64,000 nt of DNA, taken from Saccostrea cucullata. Lineage: Eukaryota. The number at the start of each line of letters is the position of its first letter. Position 1 is the stretch's first letter. The notes beneath the pieces were generated by a model. It had not been told where the DNA came from. It ran no database searches and saw only the letters and a list, made by a program, of their open reading frames with translations. Shown here piece after piece: positions 63,751 to 64,000 of the stretch. Location of the stretch: the NCBI RefSeq assembly GCF_032062105.1, contig NW_026938795.1, forward strand, positions 62,001 to 126,000, given 5' to 3'. A program made the position numbers and the translations under genes.

Positions 63751-64000
63751 GTACTACTTGGTTAGGTCTTTTGATCATATATACAGATGTGATCTTAATT
63801 TGCTATAATAAACACTGTAATAACGGACTTTTATGTAGGGCTATATAAATTTAAATCTCTGGTTCTCAGGTCAATTTTCTCCAAAACAGATGCGGGAGGG
63901 AGACATTTTATTTATCATTTTATTGGCAATAAAGTAGATGAGGGAGGTATTTTTTTAATTTAAATTTTCGAATTTTCTTTAAAAGGATATTTTTTAAATT

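Overview
AT-rich eukaryotic (animal) genomic scaffold with two N gaps. It is most likely from an oyster or related bivalve, inferred from Helentron-type elements carrying a ~166-bp Cg170-like satellite. The first ~24 kb has no intact gene. It holds an ~8.75-kb tandem duplication with an older ~1.57-kb internal duplication, plus decayed Penelope-like (Naiad-type) RT fragments and L1/Tx1 3' ends. Four spliced genes follow: SEC31 (minus strand, 25 coding exons, one apparently corrupted), a divergently transcribed Amun-like helix-hairpin-helix protein (plus, 5 exons), EIF3D (plus, 14 exons), and the 5' part of an hnRNP U-like SPRY protein whose N-terminus is a GQTAL pentapeptide array rather than a recognisable SAP domain. 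The introns are packed with non-autonomous DNA transposons with readable TSDs, including a five-element nested stack. Three places look like mosaics of two haplotypes, probably consensus artefacts. No prokaryotic systems or CRISPR arrays are present. The best candidates for novelty are the atypical hnRNP U-like N-terminus, a conserved structured 3' module of the Penelope-like elements, and tandem repeats that duplicate EIF3D splice sites. All annotations were made by eye, without database searches.
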